From: Rotaria sp.
Lineage: Eukaryota
Assembly (NCBI GenBank): GCA_905330235.1
Contig: CAJNUA010000046.1
Coordinates: 311,575 to 375,574, forward strand
Length of the DNA: 64,000 nucleotides
Direction of reading: 5' to 3'
Shown: in pieces, positions 12,683 through 25,470 of the stretch
How the letters are laid out: each line of letters begins with the position of its first letter
Position numbering within the stretch: the stretch's first letter is position 1
Translations under genes and position numbers: made by a program
Notes under the pieces: model-generated
Seen by the model: the letters and a program-made list of their open reading frames with translations, nothing else
Database searches by the model: none
Told to the model about the DNA's origin: nothing

Positions 12683-12745
12683 GGGTGTGGGTGTGGGCAT
12701 AGATCATCTCATCACACGCACATCCACACCCACACATCCACATCC
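12683..12745. repeat. interstitial telomeric repeat (GGGTGT)x2.5 then C-strand copy (catccacacccacacatccacatcc) after a 20-nt spacer
   Basis: gggtgtgggtgtgggcat ... catccacacccacacatccacatcc; lies at the left edge of the composite repeat region. Confidence 0.7.
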
Positions 12746-12749
12746 TTGT

Positions 12750-13140
12750 CAAGTAGTACTTTGATCTAGGCGAGGGAAGTTACCATTACGTTATCGAATA
12801 GCTGGTAATTGAAAATTCGTGATCATAATTTCTCGATATGTGAAGGGCATTTCAAGGAAATAACAATTTTTTTTATAAAGTTTCACCGAAGGCTTTCAGA
12901 GTTGATGAATTCGAATCTGTGAACAGTTTCTCGAAATTGTGTGCTCGATTTCTCGACCTAGTTACCACTACTCTGAAGACAATTGTTCAAACTTGAAATC
13001 AACTCGTTACTTTTTCAAAGCAGCTTATCTGTAGCGGAAAAATCAAGGTCACAATTGTGAAAAACTGATCACAAATTTGATTTCCCGGACTTCGAAAGAT
13101 TTTAATCAAACTTCACAAATAGCTTCTCTGTGTGACCCTC
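12750..13140. repeat. ~120-bp subrepeat units (one inverted, one direct) of the same family as 13952-14305
   Basis: 12870-12990 is the reverse complement of the 14080-14200 unit (gaaactgattacagatttgaattcctcg vs cgagaaactgttcacagattcgaattc). 13010-13130 is the direct match (aaaatcaaggtcacaattgtgaaaaactgatcacaaatttgatttcc). Confidence 0.5.
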
Positions 13141-13951
13141 CTATGAAGGGGCAAAGTGTGAAATTCACAAGCTCTGACTGTTTTAATTTTATGGTATATT
13201 TGCGTAGGATTTAAAATAATTTATTTTAAAAAAATGTCAAATCAATGAATAAATCAAAATTATAACAATTTTTATAGCTGATAGGTACGATATGATATTT
13301 TTACCTTTTAAAAATGTTTGCGTTTAGAATTACTTTTCTACAAATTTATTTGATTCATGTAACATCGTGATATTGTTAAAATTCATTTTTATTGCCAGAT
13401 ACATCTTCAACACACCTTCTTCTCTCCTAATGATAATATGTATGCGACGCAGGTCATAGGAAGTGGAAAATACCATTTTACTCTTCGTTTTGTCTTTTCA
13501 ACAACCGTATTTGCCTGCTATACACATTGATTTAACCGTTCAGTAATTTATCGTGCGCAACATCTTTTCTCACGACGAAGTTCGACATCAAGTATTGAGT
13601 TTTGCCTAAGCCTAGAATTCAATTGGTTCATACGTGTCTATCTCCGTCCTCTTCTGATAGTGCTAGATCGAGAATACGACCGCCCTATTTATTGGCACCT
13701 AGAATAAGATCGTTTTTCTACATTCAGAACGAAAACACGCAATATTTAGACTAGCTAGAATTAACAGAGTCCCAGAACGATCTACGCACTGATATTACTT
13801 GCATGTCTTTCCCCATCGCTAGGAAAACGTATCCAATAATCTTTGGTTTTCCCTCTTCTGGTTGCTCAGACCTAGCAGGAGGAAGTCGCAAGAACCCCGA
13901 TTAAAACTTACACTTACTGTTATTTTCTTCGGAGATATACGTGTTCCACAA

Positions 13952-14305
13952 ATCATTATTTCCTCAAAATAACGATCCTGTATCAAGCAATCAGGATGAT
14001 AAGTTTTTAGAAACCGATTACAGATTCGGATTCCTCGATCCCGGCTATCTTTGGTCAAGTTACATAAGAAATCGTTATTTCCTCGAAATATCGTTTCCCG
14101 GTTGAAAAAATCACGTACACAATTTTGAGAAACTGATTACAGATTTGAATTCCTCGGCACCGAATATCTTTGGTCAAACTTTGTAAAAAATCGTTATTTT
14201 CTCAGAAAAACCTTTCCTTGCTGAAAAAAATCAACTACGGAGTTTCGAGAATCTGATTGCAGATTCGAATTCCTCGACTCCAGATACATATGGTCAAACT
14301 TTGTG
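13952..14305. repeat. tandem repeat, 3 units of ~119 bp
   Basis: Units start aatcRttatttYctc and contain ...gattacagattcgRattcctcgRYcccgg...tttggtcaaRYtt. Confidence 0.8.
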
Positions 14306-14564
14306 GATGTAGGTTGTATCCTTGAAATATCCTTCACGTACCGAGAAATAATGGAGATGGATTTTCAATAACCAGTTGCTCGAGAGCGTAACGATAAGTT
14401 ATTTCGCCTAAATCAAAGTACTAGTTTACAAAAATAACTGAATATTTCAATCGGATGAATGCACTAACAATTCTGTACTATAAGAGTATAGAAACATCAA
14501 CGCTTGACCGAAGAACACACTATGGACCATATCGAGCAGTTCGATCTGTATCAGGGCTGTCACT

Positions 14565-15236
14565 TTAACTCTACTTTAAAAGTTCAATTTGAAGTGTTAC
14601 TTTAAACTTTAAAGTTTAAAGTTAAAGTAATACACTTCAAAACTGTAACTTTAAAAAATCAACGTTAAAGTACGTATGTTAAGGATCAATAATGGAACTT
14701 GATTTTATGAGTAAGTGGTTTTTTGGAAAATAACGATTTTTATAAAGGTTGACGATAGTAAATCGGGGTCGGGGAATCCGAATCAGAAATTCAAATTTCA
14801 AAATTTTGAGTTTCACGTTTTTTCATAAGTGTTTTTTCAAAAAAAATCAATTCTTTTTATAGAAGTTCAATTTTTATCAATAAATCTCTTTTTACCTAAA
14901 AAAATTACATTTTTTGTCAAGAAATGTTTTTTTTCAAAAAAAAAAACAGGTTTTTATGCAAAAAGAGATTTATTGATAAAAATTGAACTTATGTAAAAAA
15001 CCAATTTTTATGAAAAAACGTGAAACTCCAAGTTTTGAAATTCTGATTTCAGATTCTGATTCTCCGCCCCCGATTTAGTTTTATCAACCTTTATAAAAAA
15101 ATCGTCATTTTTCCAAAAAACCCTTTCCATACTCAAAAACTCAAGTTTCACTATCGATCCTTAACATCCGTACTTTAAGATACTGTAAGGTACTTTATCG
15201 TACTTTAAGGTACTTCAAAGTACAAAAGTATCATGT
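14565..15236. mobile_element. foldback element / long near-perfect palindrome (arms ~250 bp, centre ~14900) flanked by tactttaaag-type satellite in inverted orientation
   Basis: 14679-14870 is the reverse complement of 14980-15164 at ~85% (ggaaaataacgatttttataaaggttgacgatagtaaatcggggtcggggaatccgaatcagaaattc...). The arms share aatcgttattttcc and gattcggattcc with the 120-bp units. Confidence 0.7.
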
Positions 15237-15922
15237 TTCCCCCTTGTTTGGGCTGCAATGCAGCATAATTTGATGCTAAGTCCATCAAAACTCATGAAGA
15301 TAGACAACAAAAGCAACGAAATCAGTTTGAAAATAATCATCTGGAAGGTTTTTGAACGTAAGGAATTTCATATGAACCGATATTTCCAAGATTGTTCTTT
15401 CGAATGATCACAACTCAAGCTGCATAAATTGAAATAATAAAAAGTTATTCGAAAACAATGGAGAACATTTTAATAAAAGCCCGACATTAATACAATATGA
15501 AAGAGAAATTTTAGAATGATTTGCCAGTTCTTTAGATTTCTAATGATTTAAAATATTTTTACCTTGATAGATCATTCAATGCATTGCAGAAAATGCGGAA
15601 TTATTAGCTGACACCACAATATGTCAAAAAAGAACAATAAATGGATCATTGCTTTCTGATTCCACTGGATGTAAATTTCAGTAGAATGTAAACATAGTTT
15701 GAATTATAATTTTTCTAGATCCCATATGACATAGTAAACTGAGTTGGATCACAGATTTAGGAAAACGAACGTTACCTTAAGTGTAACCAACAGATTATGA
15801 TCATCATTAAGTACTTATAAATGAAAAAAAAAGCTTGAAAATTATTATTCGTGAAAAATTATTTACAATATAAAAACAAATATCTATATGTTACAAAAAT
15901 TCCATTTCTAATTAAATGCATT

Positions 15923-17167
15923 TCATATAGGGAGCTTTGATCTTTCTAGAGAGGCGATTTGTAATAATTGTTTTTCCACAATCTTAGAATTCCGAAAATC
16001 ACTCTCAGTAAATGTTGCACCAAACAAATCAGCATTTGTCAAATTTGCGTGATTAAATATGCATTGTTTACAATTAGCGTATCGCCAGTCACTATGACTT
16101 AAATCTGCACCCGTAAAATTTCCATTGATTACTCTACTATATTTCATTGATGCTTTATGCATATATGCATTTGAAAAGGTAGTATCAATAAACACAGCAT
16201 GATCAAATATTGAATTCATTAATTTAGTTTCAATTAATGCACATTTCGTAAAATTAGTATAAGTACCATTAACATGATTCATAGCCGTCTGATAGAAATC
16301 AACATTTAGACCAAACTTTGATCGATATAAATTAGCATAATCAAGTTTTGCAAACATAAATGAAGAGTTTTCAATAGCTGCATTTTCTAAATTTACTTCA
16401 ATCATAGTAGTAGAATCAAATAAACAATTGAGACAGAAAAATGTATGTAAATTAGCATGATTCATTATCACACCAATGAAATCAACATTTTCATATGTAG
16501 CAGAAAACAATGAAGCAGATGTTAAATTTGCATTATTGAAAAACAATTTTGGAGAATTATGTCTAAGAGTACTCATCTCATCATCAAATGTTGGAGCATT
16601 TCGAGTCCAAGAAAAATCAGCATTAATAAGTACAGCACCATTAAATCTTGCACCGCGGATATTAATTTCATGAAAATTAGCTCGTATCATAATAGTACTT
16701 TCCAATGAAAGATGAAATAATACTCTTCGTTCAGATTCATCAATTAATTTTAAATCAGTTAAATTAGCGTATTCAAGTGAAACTGGTGGTCGATAATCGT
16801 CTGATCGATAGGTGATTAATTTAGCTTCATATAATAAACGAACGAGAAAATTTCGTCGAGCAGAATCTAGACGATTTAATGCTGAAAGAGTGGCAAAACG
16901 AGCGATAAGTGAAGCAGATGAACTTTTATTAAGTTCTGTACCATATTTTTCAATTAATTTACTTAATGTCTTTTGACATTCATGAAGAATTTGATCTTTC
17001 TGTTGATCATCGGCTATATCAAGGTCTTGTTTACGATTATGATTTGCTATTGCAAAATCACGGTTACTTTCTAATACAGTATAAACACCAATAGCGATAG
17101 GAATAGAAATTGATATGAATAATTGAATCCAACCAAAACATGAATGATTATTGTTTTTCTGTTCCAT
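15923..17167 (-). CDS. pentapeptide-repeat protein with N-terminal transmembrane helix, intronless, 414 aa
   Basis: TM segment GWIQLFISISIPIAIGVYTVL, then coiled-coil-like region. More than 40 consecutive A(N/D)LxxA/F-type pentapeptide units follow (ANLTNADLFGATFTESDFRNSKI, NHANLHTFFCLNCLFDSTTM...). Confidence 0.7.
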   Translation of the reverse strand: MEQKNNNHSCFGWIQLFISISIPIAIGVYTVLESNRDFAIANHNRKQDLDIADDQQKDQILHECQKTLSKLIEKYGTELNKSSSASLIARFATLSALNRLDSARRNFLVRLLYEAKLITYRSDDYRPPVSLEYANLTDLKLIDESERRVLFHLSLESTIMIRANFHEINIRGARFNGAVLINADFSWTRNAPTFDDEMSTLRHNSPKLFFNNANLTSASLFSATYENVDFIGVIMNHANLHTFFCLNCLFDSTTMIEVNLENAAIENSSFMFAKLDYANLYRSKFGLNVDFYQTAMNHVNGTYTNFTKCALIETKLMNSIFDHAVFIDTTFSNAYMHKASMKYSRVINGNFTGADLSHSDWRYANCKQCIFNHANLTNADLFGATFTESDFRNSKIVEKQLLQIASLERSKLPI

Positions 17168-20033
17168 TTTGTGTTCTGAAAAGAAGTAATTTTGATTTGA
17201 CGATTATATTAATTGTAGGTAACTGATCAAATTTCTTCTGATAACATCATACTTTATACTTGAATCATGCTGATGATAGTATTAAACAAAGAAAACAGAC
17301 TAATATTGACTGAATTTCTCAAATGACTGAGTCATTGTAAGTCAAATGTTTTAAATCTTGACAATATATATATTAAATCTAGGCGTCAGTTTTCATACTC
17401 AACAAATATTTTGATAACATTGACAGAATAGATCGAACTCTAGGATAAGTATTACTCGGTAAAGCTAATTGAATTCGAACTGGAAGTTCTCGAATATTAT
17501 TAACGATGATAGGATTTAATTAATTCTAACATTGAACGATACTTGAAGTCAGAAGAGATGTGAAAGTAATACAAATTACTAACTATTGTTACAGAATATA
17601 TTACTATTTATAATGGATAAAATTTGTCAAGATGTTTTTATTTTATGACCTAGCTTAATTTACAAATCATATGTCTTGTAGATATTATCTGAGTTAATAT
17701 TCTAATAGAAAAGAAAAGAAGTTTTTTTTTAATTCAATATGCAAGCGAGAATATAATTTACTTGATTCAAAATCTTCTTCGCAATAATGTAATATGATCG
17801 TATCAACATTCGATAACTTTTAAAAATTGATTAAAATATGGAAGGAAGAACGATTTTATTGGGTATTTAATAATGTCCTTGCACATGTCATAAACATCAT
17901 GGTCATCATATTCGAATCCATTTAATATTGATTGAACTAGATCGATTAATTCTATGAATGAATACTATTCGAGTTTACTGAATATAATCCCACGGGAAAT
18001 TTGCCACTTTTCGATTGCTATAATTTATCAAGTACTATTTTCTTTCTTAATAGTTTGAATTTTTTTTTTAACTATTAAAATTTTTAGACTTTATGACGTT
18101 GTTTTTTTTTCAAGTCATTAAAAAGATCAGGCTAAGACTATTATGAATCCATCAGTTCATGTTCCTTATTGAATGAGCTGATTTCAATGCAGTCATGATA
18201 TTGGGGCAATAATCAATAGAACAAACAAAAAAGTACTTAAATAACAGTACGTAACAGTATCTCGGTCGAATATTCCATTGAGAATAGTCTTAGTACATAT
18301 GTACTTCAAAGAGTTCGTTCGATTACTTGTCTGGCTTTCAGAGTATTCCGCAAAAATTGTTTTGAATAAGTTAGTTGATTGACAACTTACAAGTATTTCG
18401 AAATCAAGAACTAAAAAAGTCCAAACACATCCGAAGCTACTGAAAAATCCAAAAGATTCTGTGGCATACTAGTAGCAGAGTATCGTGAAATTAGTATGTT
18501 CATTGCAAAGGTAGAACGACTAGTTATGATAAAATTCAAGTATTTCTATTATGATTCTTACATCATTTTAAATAAGAACATATCTAATTGACTCATCGAT
18601 GGTTACAAAATGCTTGTGTATACACTGTTATAATACGAGCTTTATTCAATGGACAAGTGTGTTCAAATAAAACAAATATTTATACTTATTGTTACTGGTA
18701 ATTTAGAGCATTTTTATGCCATTTTGTTAGCAATGTAAAATATTCGTGCTCGTCATTGTGTACAATGGAAGATGATAATCAAATAGACGCTATTGTGTTT
18801 GTATTTCGTACAAAACGTAAAGGTATTATTAAGAATACACATAAACTACAATACAAGTACCAATCTTCGTTTTGGTTCACAAAGAATGCTTTTTAAAATA
18901 ATCAAAGAAATAGTAAAACAACTAATTCCATAAAATAATATATCTAGATTCAGATGATTCAATCATCACAATAGGGTTGAAAACTGAATTTTGTAGCTCG
19001 ACAACGATCCGTATGATTTTCGAAAATAATAGGTGTTATTACTTTTCTTTTCATACTAGTATCTGAAAACTATGTTTAGATCTCTATGATGAACTACAAT
19101 AGATCTCTTAATTCAATATAATCAAGAACTCATTGTTTTCTATGAATTTCCTATTATAAATATTAATTAGATTTTGTGTCTTAATTGAATTTCCTCTCTT
19201 TATTTTGTTTTTGCTTCAGGCTATTGCAGTTTGCTTTTGTTTTGATAATTGATATATAGGGAGGAAGTATAGGCTTCGTTGCATCACTTAATATATTACT
19301 CATAAATAATATTCAAAGTTCAGAAAACAAAAAATACATTAGAAAAAAAAAATGACGACGTTTTTTATTACTGCAATGTACAATAAGAGTTACATTAAGT
19401 TTTTGTCTTTCCTTTATTTTTGTACTTCTGAACAAATATTACTTCAATTATGGTCGAAATATTTATTTAAATACAGAGATTAATAATATCTTGCTATATA
19501 TCATTAATTAAAAATGATAAAAAATCAAACTGCAGTAATCTGAAGCAAGAAAAACAAACTAGAGAAATTCAATTGAGACGCACTGTATAACAATAATATT
19601 TAGTTTAAAAATCGAACGTATATTATTTCAATATTAAATAGATGATACATTTTTTCTTTACATTTAGATACATATCTGGTGTTTTACAAACTATTATTAC
19701 AGAAAATAAACAGTAAGAATTCGAATGTTTAACAAATATTCGAAAGAAAAAAAATTGCATACAAAAAAATGATTAGTTTTAATAAAAATATCATACACAC
19801 AGACGTCAAAAGTTCATTCGATTCACAAAATATTTCTCTACCTAATATTTCACTCTGCTACACTACAATGTGAATATTTTTGTATAAAACCTATTCTCAT
19901 CATTAATATCAAGATCAAAAACCTTTTATATCAATGATAAATTCTAATAATTTATATAATAGGAGTTCATAGCGCATGTTCATCTCATGCCAAGTTACAA
20001 CTTTTTAAAATAATAGTTTTATTTTATTTTTTC

Positions 20034-20246
20034 TTATGCATGTGGTTTTCCACTGTGTTCAGCAGTGCAACCATGTTGATCACAACTACTATGCCCTATA
20101 TTTGATGGATTAATCGGTGGTAATGTTTGATTTGTGCTTGGATGCATACCAACTGTATTTGTTATTGAATTCATACCTGGCGGTGCCGATTCAGTAGCTA
20201 ATTTCCCATCTGAATCTTGTATATAGTGAGTAGATGAAGACGACAT
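20034..20246 (-). CDS. hypothetical small protein (70 aa), no recognisable domain
   Basis: Isolated ORF in an AT-rich desert; Ser/Pro/His-rich, ends CDQHGCTAEHSGKPHA. Weak support. Confidence 0.12.
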   Translation of the reverse strand: MSSSSTHYIQDSDGKLATESAPPGMNSITNTVGMHPSTNQTLPPINPSNIGHSSCDQHGCTAEHSGKPHA

Positions 20247-23200
20247 TTTTTTCTTTTTGGTAGGTTATTAGTAGAAATGATTCTATGTTAACAATCTGAA
20301 AGGAGAACTATGTGAGAGAATAAGAAAAAAAACACGAGAGAAATGGAAGGAAACCGACCCATGATGAAAGAATAGGAGAAAACGCGCAATTGGATATTTT
20401 CCCTTCCTTACTGTCGTTAAATGAATCAATCTCATATAGAAGAAAATAGTTATATACTGAAAGAGTCACTACATTACATTATCATGTCGACCTCCTTTCT
20501 TTTCAAGGAACTTTCCAATGGCTAGAAGAAATATTCAACTAATATAAATAAATATGTACACCTAACTATTGAACTGAATATTATTCAAAAACTAATTTCT
20601 ACGTTTTTCAATGTATTCAGAATGACAGTATTTTAAAGAAAATTCGAATATTCCTAAGAGCATCAGTTCATAAATTGTACCGATGATATGCTTGTTGAAA
20701 TCAATTTAAAGATTCAAACTTAAGTATTAACATTTGATATTCTATTCAAAGTTAAAGAAACAAATATTTTCTATCGTTATCATCTTGAACTTGAAGACAA
20801 AATTGATTTTGTTCTTTTGTATTAAATTAATAGCAACGCATTAATCTACTTCATTTATTTTGTAGAAATTTATCTTTTTTCTTAGTTATTATGATTTCAA
20901 AATCTTGATGAATTTCAATAATCATATAGGCGGCACAAATTAAACTTTCTAGAGGAAGCAAAAATTTTTTTTTGTAAACAGGTAATTATAAAAAACATTT
21001 CAGTTGAAGTCTTACATTGGTCAGTTTATTCATTTTCAAAATATTGTTTTGCGATACAAAACTTATTCACAAGAGTATCTAAATCAATATGAAAACAACG
21101 TTCAATATTAACTAAATAGTCTCTCTTGAACTGTTGGGTGTGAGGGTCGATGAGTACAGAGAAGATTATGAGGCATTTATATCAACGATGCCAACTTTTA
21201 ATGTTTCAAAAGTAACAAGCATTTTTTTTTATTCACAATTTTTCTTCAGTTTTTCCTTGATATCATAATGAGACAGTTTTGTAGTAGACTTCAATCGTCT
21301 AGAGTGATTTAAACAGATAAACAGAATAGTTTGATATATTTTGTGTTAACTGTCTGCTATTAGCCTGTTTTCATAACTTTCAATAATTCTTAGTTTGACA
21401 TGAGTTGTGTTTGTATGATCATAATTCAATATCATTTTACACGTCTTTTTTCGTTAATTAAGCTCCATGCCCGCAAAAAAGTCAATTTTTATTAGAAAAA
21501 TCGAAATTGACATGATTTCATCAGAGGTCTGATCTTTCATCAGTAACATGATCTTTTATGTGACATCTTGTTTGTTGTCAAAATTTTTGATGATTTCCAT
21601 CATCTTCGGCTTGAAAGATATGCTTTTGTTCTAGAAAAAAGCGAGAAAATACTTATTATTTCTCTTTGATAGACCATATCAAGATGCAGAACATGAAAGA
21701 GTATCTTTTTTGAGTTAGACTTAGTACCTTTTTAATTAGAGCGTCTTTTTTCTTGAGTTTTTCGAAGCATTGAATTTTCCTGTGTTTAAAAAGCAAAAAT
21801 TTGAAAAAAAAATGGTTCTGTTATGCTCTGCATCCTCACATGCCTTTTCAAACAGAAAAAAATTAAGTATATAAAATAAAGACTTACAGAGAATTTTGAG
21901 TTGCCAAGTAAGCTAATTTTAACTCGTTTGTTTGTTGAATATTCCTCGAAAACATCATGATACAGTGCTGAAAATTTTACCGTAGCCTTTTCACTATAGC
22001 CTCAACATATTCTAAAAATGTCATGTAATTTAAATGTACCTGATCTAAGATCGATTTTTGAGAGAAATCTTAAGAGATTCATCAAATTAAGTTTAAATAA
22101 CAGCGTAAATGATTATAAAAATGATTGAAAATACTTTTAATGATTAAATTTCAATTTCTAACTTAAAATTGTGCTATTATCATTTATTTGAATATGAGCA
22201 AAAACGTGTTTGGCATTTTTTTACTTCATGATCAGAGATGATTTAAAATTAAAAAATTTTAAAATCAACAAAATTTGCATATTAAATATGAATATTTTTT
22301 AAAGACAGACTTCATCGAAAATTTTTCCGTTCTAATCAAATTGATCTTTTCTTACAACACCACATATGTGTTGTCATTTCAGAATATTTGTTCAAATGTC
22401 GGGATCGTACATCGAACCAGAAATAAAACAAACATGAAATGCGACTGCTACTAATACAGAAGAAGTCTTTACAATTTAAATAGCTACAACAGTTGAACTC
22501 TTTTGTTCAGGCAAACAAGGATTACTACATAGTTTAAGGCTAAACCTTAAAATTTAGTCATTGAAAATATCTTTGACTGTTTTAATAGCCATCAAACGAT
22601 TTTCAACAATAGGTTGAAGAGTTACTTAATCGACAATACAAATAGAAATAAACTATTATTAAATTATATCATTGCGGCAAACTGTCTGGCAACTATACTC
22701 TAAACACGACAGAAGAAAAACAAGACAGGTAAAGAAAAAGTAACAAAGAAAAAGAAAATTAGAGTAGCACTTTTGTTAATTAGTAGAGAATATGTTACTC
22801 TCAAAAATAAATGAGTAAGGATAAGAAAATAACACTAACGAATGTTCATAGCAATTTCTCTAACATCTTCGAGCAGATGGCTAAGCAGAGTTTAAGAAAA
22901 TGTTTTAAAAGTGTTAAAATAATGGGATTTTAAAATGCAGAAAAAAAAAGCAGATGAGATGGCAACATTAATTAAATATATTAAAGTTTAAAAATAGTGG
23001 ATCATCAGAAAAGTAAACATGATAATCAAAGTAAAATATTTTCTTTAAAGAAAAAAATGACAAAGAACTTTCTCGTTGACAATCTGTCAAAAAAAATTCT
23101 TTCCATTAGTCATCATATACTTCAACTAAACATTAAACTTCCGATGAAAAAATCTGCAAATGGCTAAAACTAGAAGAAAATATAGACTTTTGTTACAAAT

Positions 23201-25287
23201 TTAAAACTAATAAATCTTATTTTATCGATGTTTTCTATTCTACCTGTGACTTCTAAAACTACAAACATTTTGGCTTACAAAATCAAATAATATAGAATAT
23301 ATATATTTAATTTTTATTTCAGCTGTTACATCTTGCTGCACGGTTTCATTGCATTAACAACAGCTGAGACGTCATCAACATACTTGATTTAGTGCCTTTA
23401 AAGAAAAAGCCTCAATATGTGATATATCACTTTTTCCGATGAATCTTATCTCAGCTGGTAAATATTATTGAGTATAGTAAAGCCTCAAAGGGTTCCTGTT
23501 TATTAGTCTTTCTTCTTGATTTATGACTATTTTAACGAATTTTGCAAGAAAATGTTTTTAATCTCTTTCAGATTATCTTCAAACTCGACAGGTGAATTCA
23601 AGCTTCGTATAAATAAGATCTTCAATGAAATTTGTTAATTTTGAAAGTGTCAAATTTCGCAGAATATCCTATTTTGAGACATAAATTTAAGAACAAACAT
23701 CGTTTATTCGATTAATATTATTTTCTTTGTTCTTATCTGAAAACAGAAGATGCTGCGAAATTTGATACTTTCAAAACTAATTAGTTCCATTGAGAATTTT
23801 GTTTCTGCAAAGTTTGAAGATGATCAGAAACAGACTAAAATGATCATAACTACACAATAAGGACTTATATAAACGAATTGCTTATGGCTTTCTTTAATCT
23901 CAATAGGGATAATCTAATACGATGAGACGAGTGGTCTCAAAAGGCGATTTGTGATTTGACGAAGTTTCTCCGTGAAATATATATGTGCAATGGAGACTTG
24001 ATTTATTTATAGCATTTAATCAGGACGATTAAAACATCATTAACACGATCTAGCAAAATTTTTCTATCATATCGAATAACATTTTAATGGTTGCTTGTTT
24101 TTTCATAACGAAAATTATTTGAAGATGTACAACAAAATCATCTACATATGTTTTTTTCTCGAATCGGTACATCATTCTTGTGTCACAAATAAGATTGAGC
24201 AAAAAAAAAAGATTTATATTTTAGTTTTTTATAGAGCTTGTAGTAAATCCATAGAACTAGAATCCTTATTACGAACTTTTATATTGAGAGAACGTACTTT
24301 AGATAACCGATTTTCTCGAGTAGTGATTTTTCATTATTTCTTCTTAGGGGCTATTAAAGGAGTTACACAACTTCTCATCCACGGTCACTACCTTGTTTTC
24401 AGGGATTAAACAGATCAATGTACTGTCCAAGCAATTCGTGCATCTCTTTAGAAAAGCTACATATTCGTTAAAAAAATATGGTTTGTTGCTGATATGGAAA
24501 CGTGTCAAAAATGTTGTTTCCTAATTAAATATTGTAATATATATATAATTTGCTTTGTACACTATACTGTGGTTCTTGTCCAGGCCAACGATACTTTTAA
24601 CTAATTATTATGATTGACAGTGGGCAACAACACAGAATGAAAGTCAGGGTATGAAAAGTGTGAGAATGAGCGTGTCGTCGGTCTGAAGCAATACCTATAC
24701 ATTATTCACAAATAATGATGTGAAATGAATGGTGGAAAAATTTGGTAATTAAAAATATTGTCACCCTTTTGCAATAATCATAACATCAAACAAGTTTATT
24801 TTACCTTTGTTTTTAAAGTTATTATTATATAATAGAAAGTCGAACCTCACGAAAAAAAACTTTGCTTAAAAAAATAAGGTGTCAGCCGTTCGACATTTAA
24901 GTAAAATGCCTTTTGACGTTTCTTTTTGTCATAGTTAGATCAAGCTCTTTGATTTAACTATAGAAATATTCTTTTCTTGATGTATTCAGACGACGTTATT
25001 GTAGTGAAACTTACGATAGTTAATTAGAAAAAATCAGAAAAGCCTATGAAAATTGAAAAACTTCAAAAGTATCAAGTTTTTGTATCGTCAATATTCATCC
25101 AAATATTTTTTTTGACTTGTCATATTGTTAGAAAACAAACTAATACATACTTCTTGAAAAATATTGTTTGATTATGGAAAAAAAAATTTTCTTTTCAACA
25201 TAATAGCAGAAAAATCATAAATACGGGTTTATATTTTAAGAAATCGACTATCAAAACTTCAGTTCAGAAAGAAACGAATATTATGTT

Positions 25288-25470
25288 TAGAATCAGCGTA
25301 AAAATCTGTATCGAATAATATACTCAATACTTCATCAAATCTTGACCTTAGTAGGAGCACAGATCACAGTATTAGAAAATCAGAGTGAGGGATTCTAAGA
25401 ACTAAAATCTGAAGAAAAGCAGTTTTGAGTATTGAATATATTAGTCAATACAGATTTTTACGCTAATTCT
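25288..25470. mobile_element. MITE-like hairpin element, ~183 bp, ~45-bp terminal inverted repeats
   Basis: agaatcagcgtaaaaatctgtatcgaataatatactcaatact (25288-25330) is the reverse complement of agtattgaatatattagtcaatacagatttttacgctaattct (25428-25470). Confidence 0.55.

Noticed and set aside
24095-24409. 104-aa plus-strand ORF in the AT desert
   Set aside because: Composition-driven ORF (Phe/Ile/Lys/Tyr rich) without motifs.
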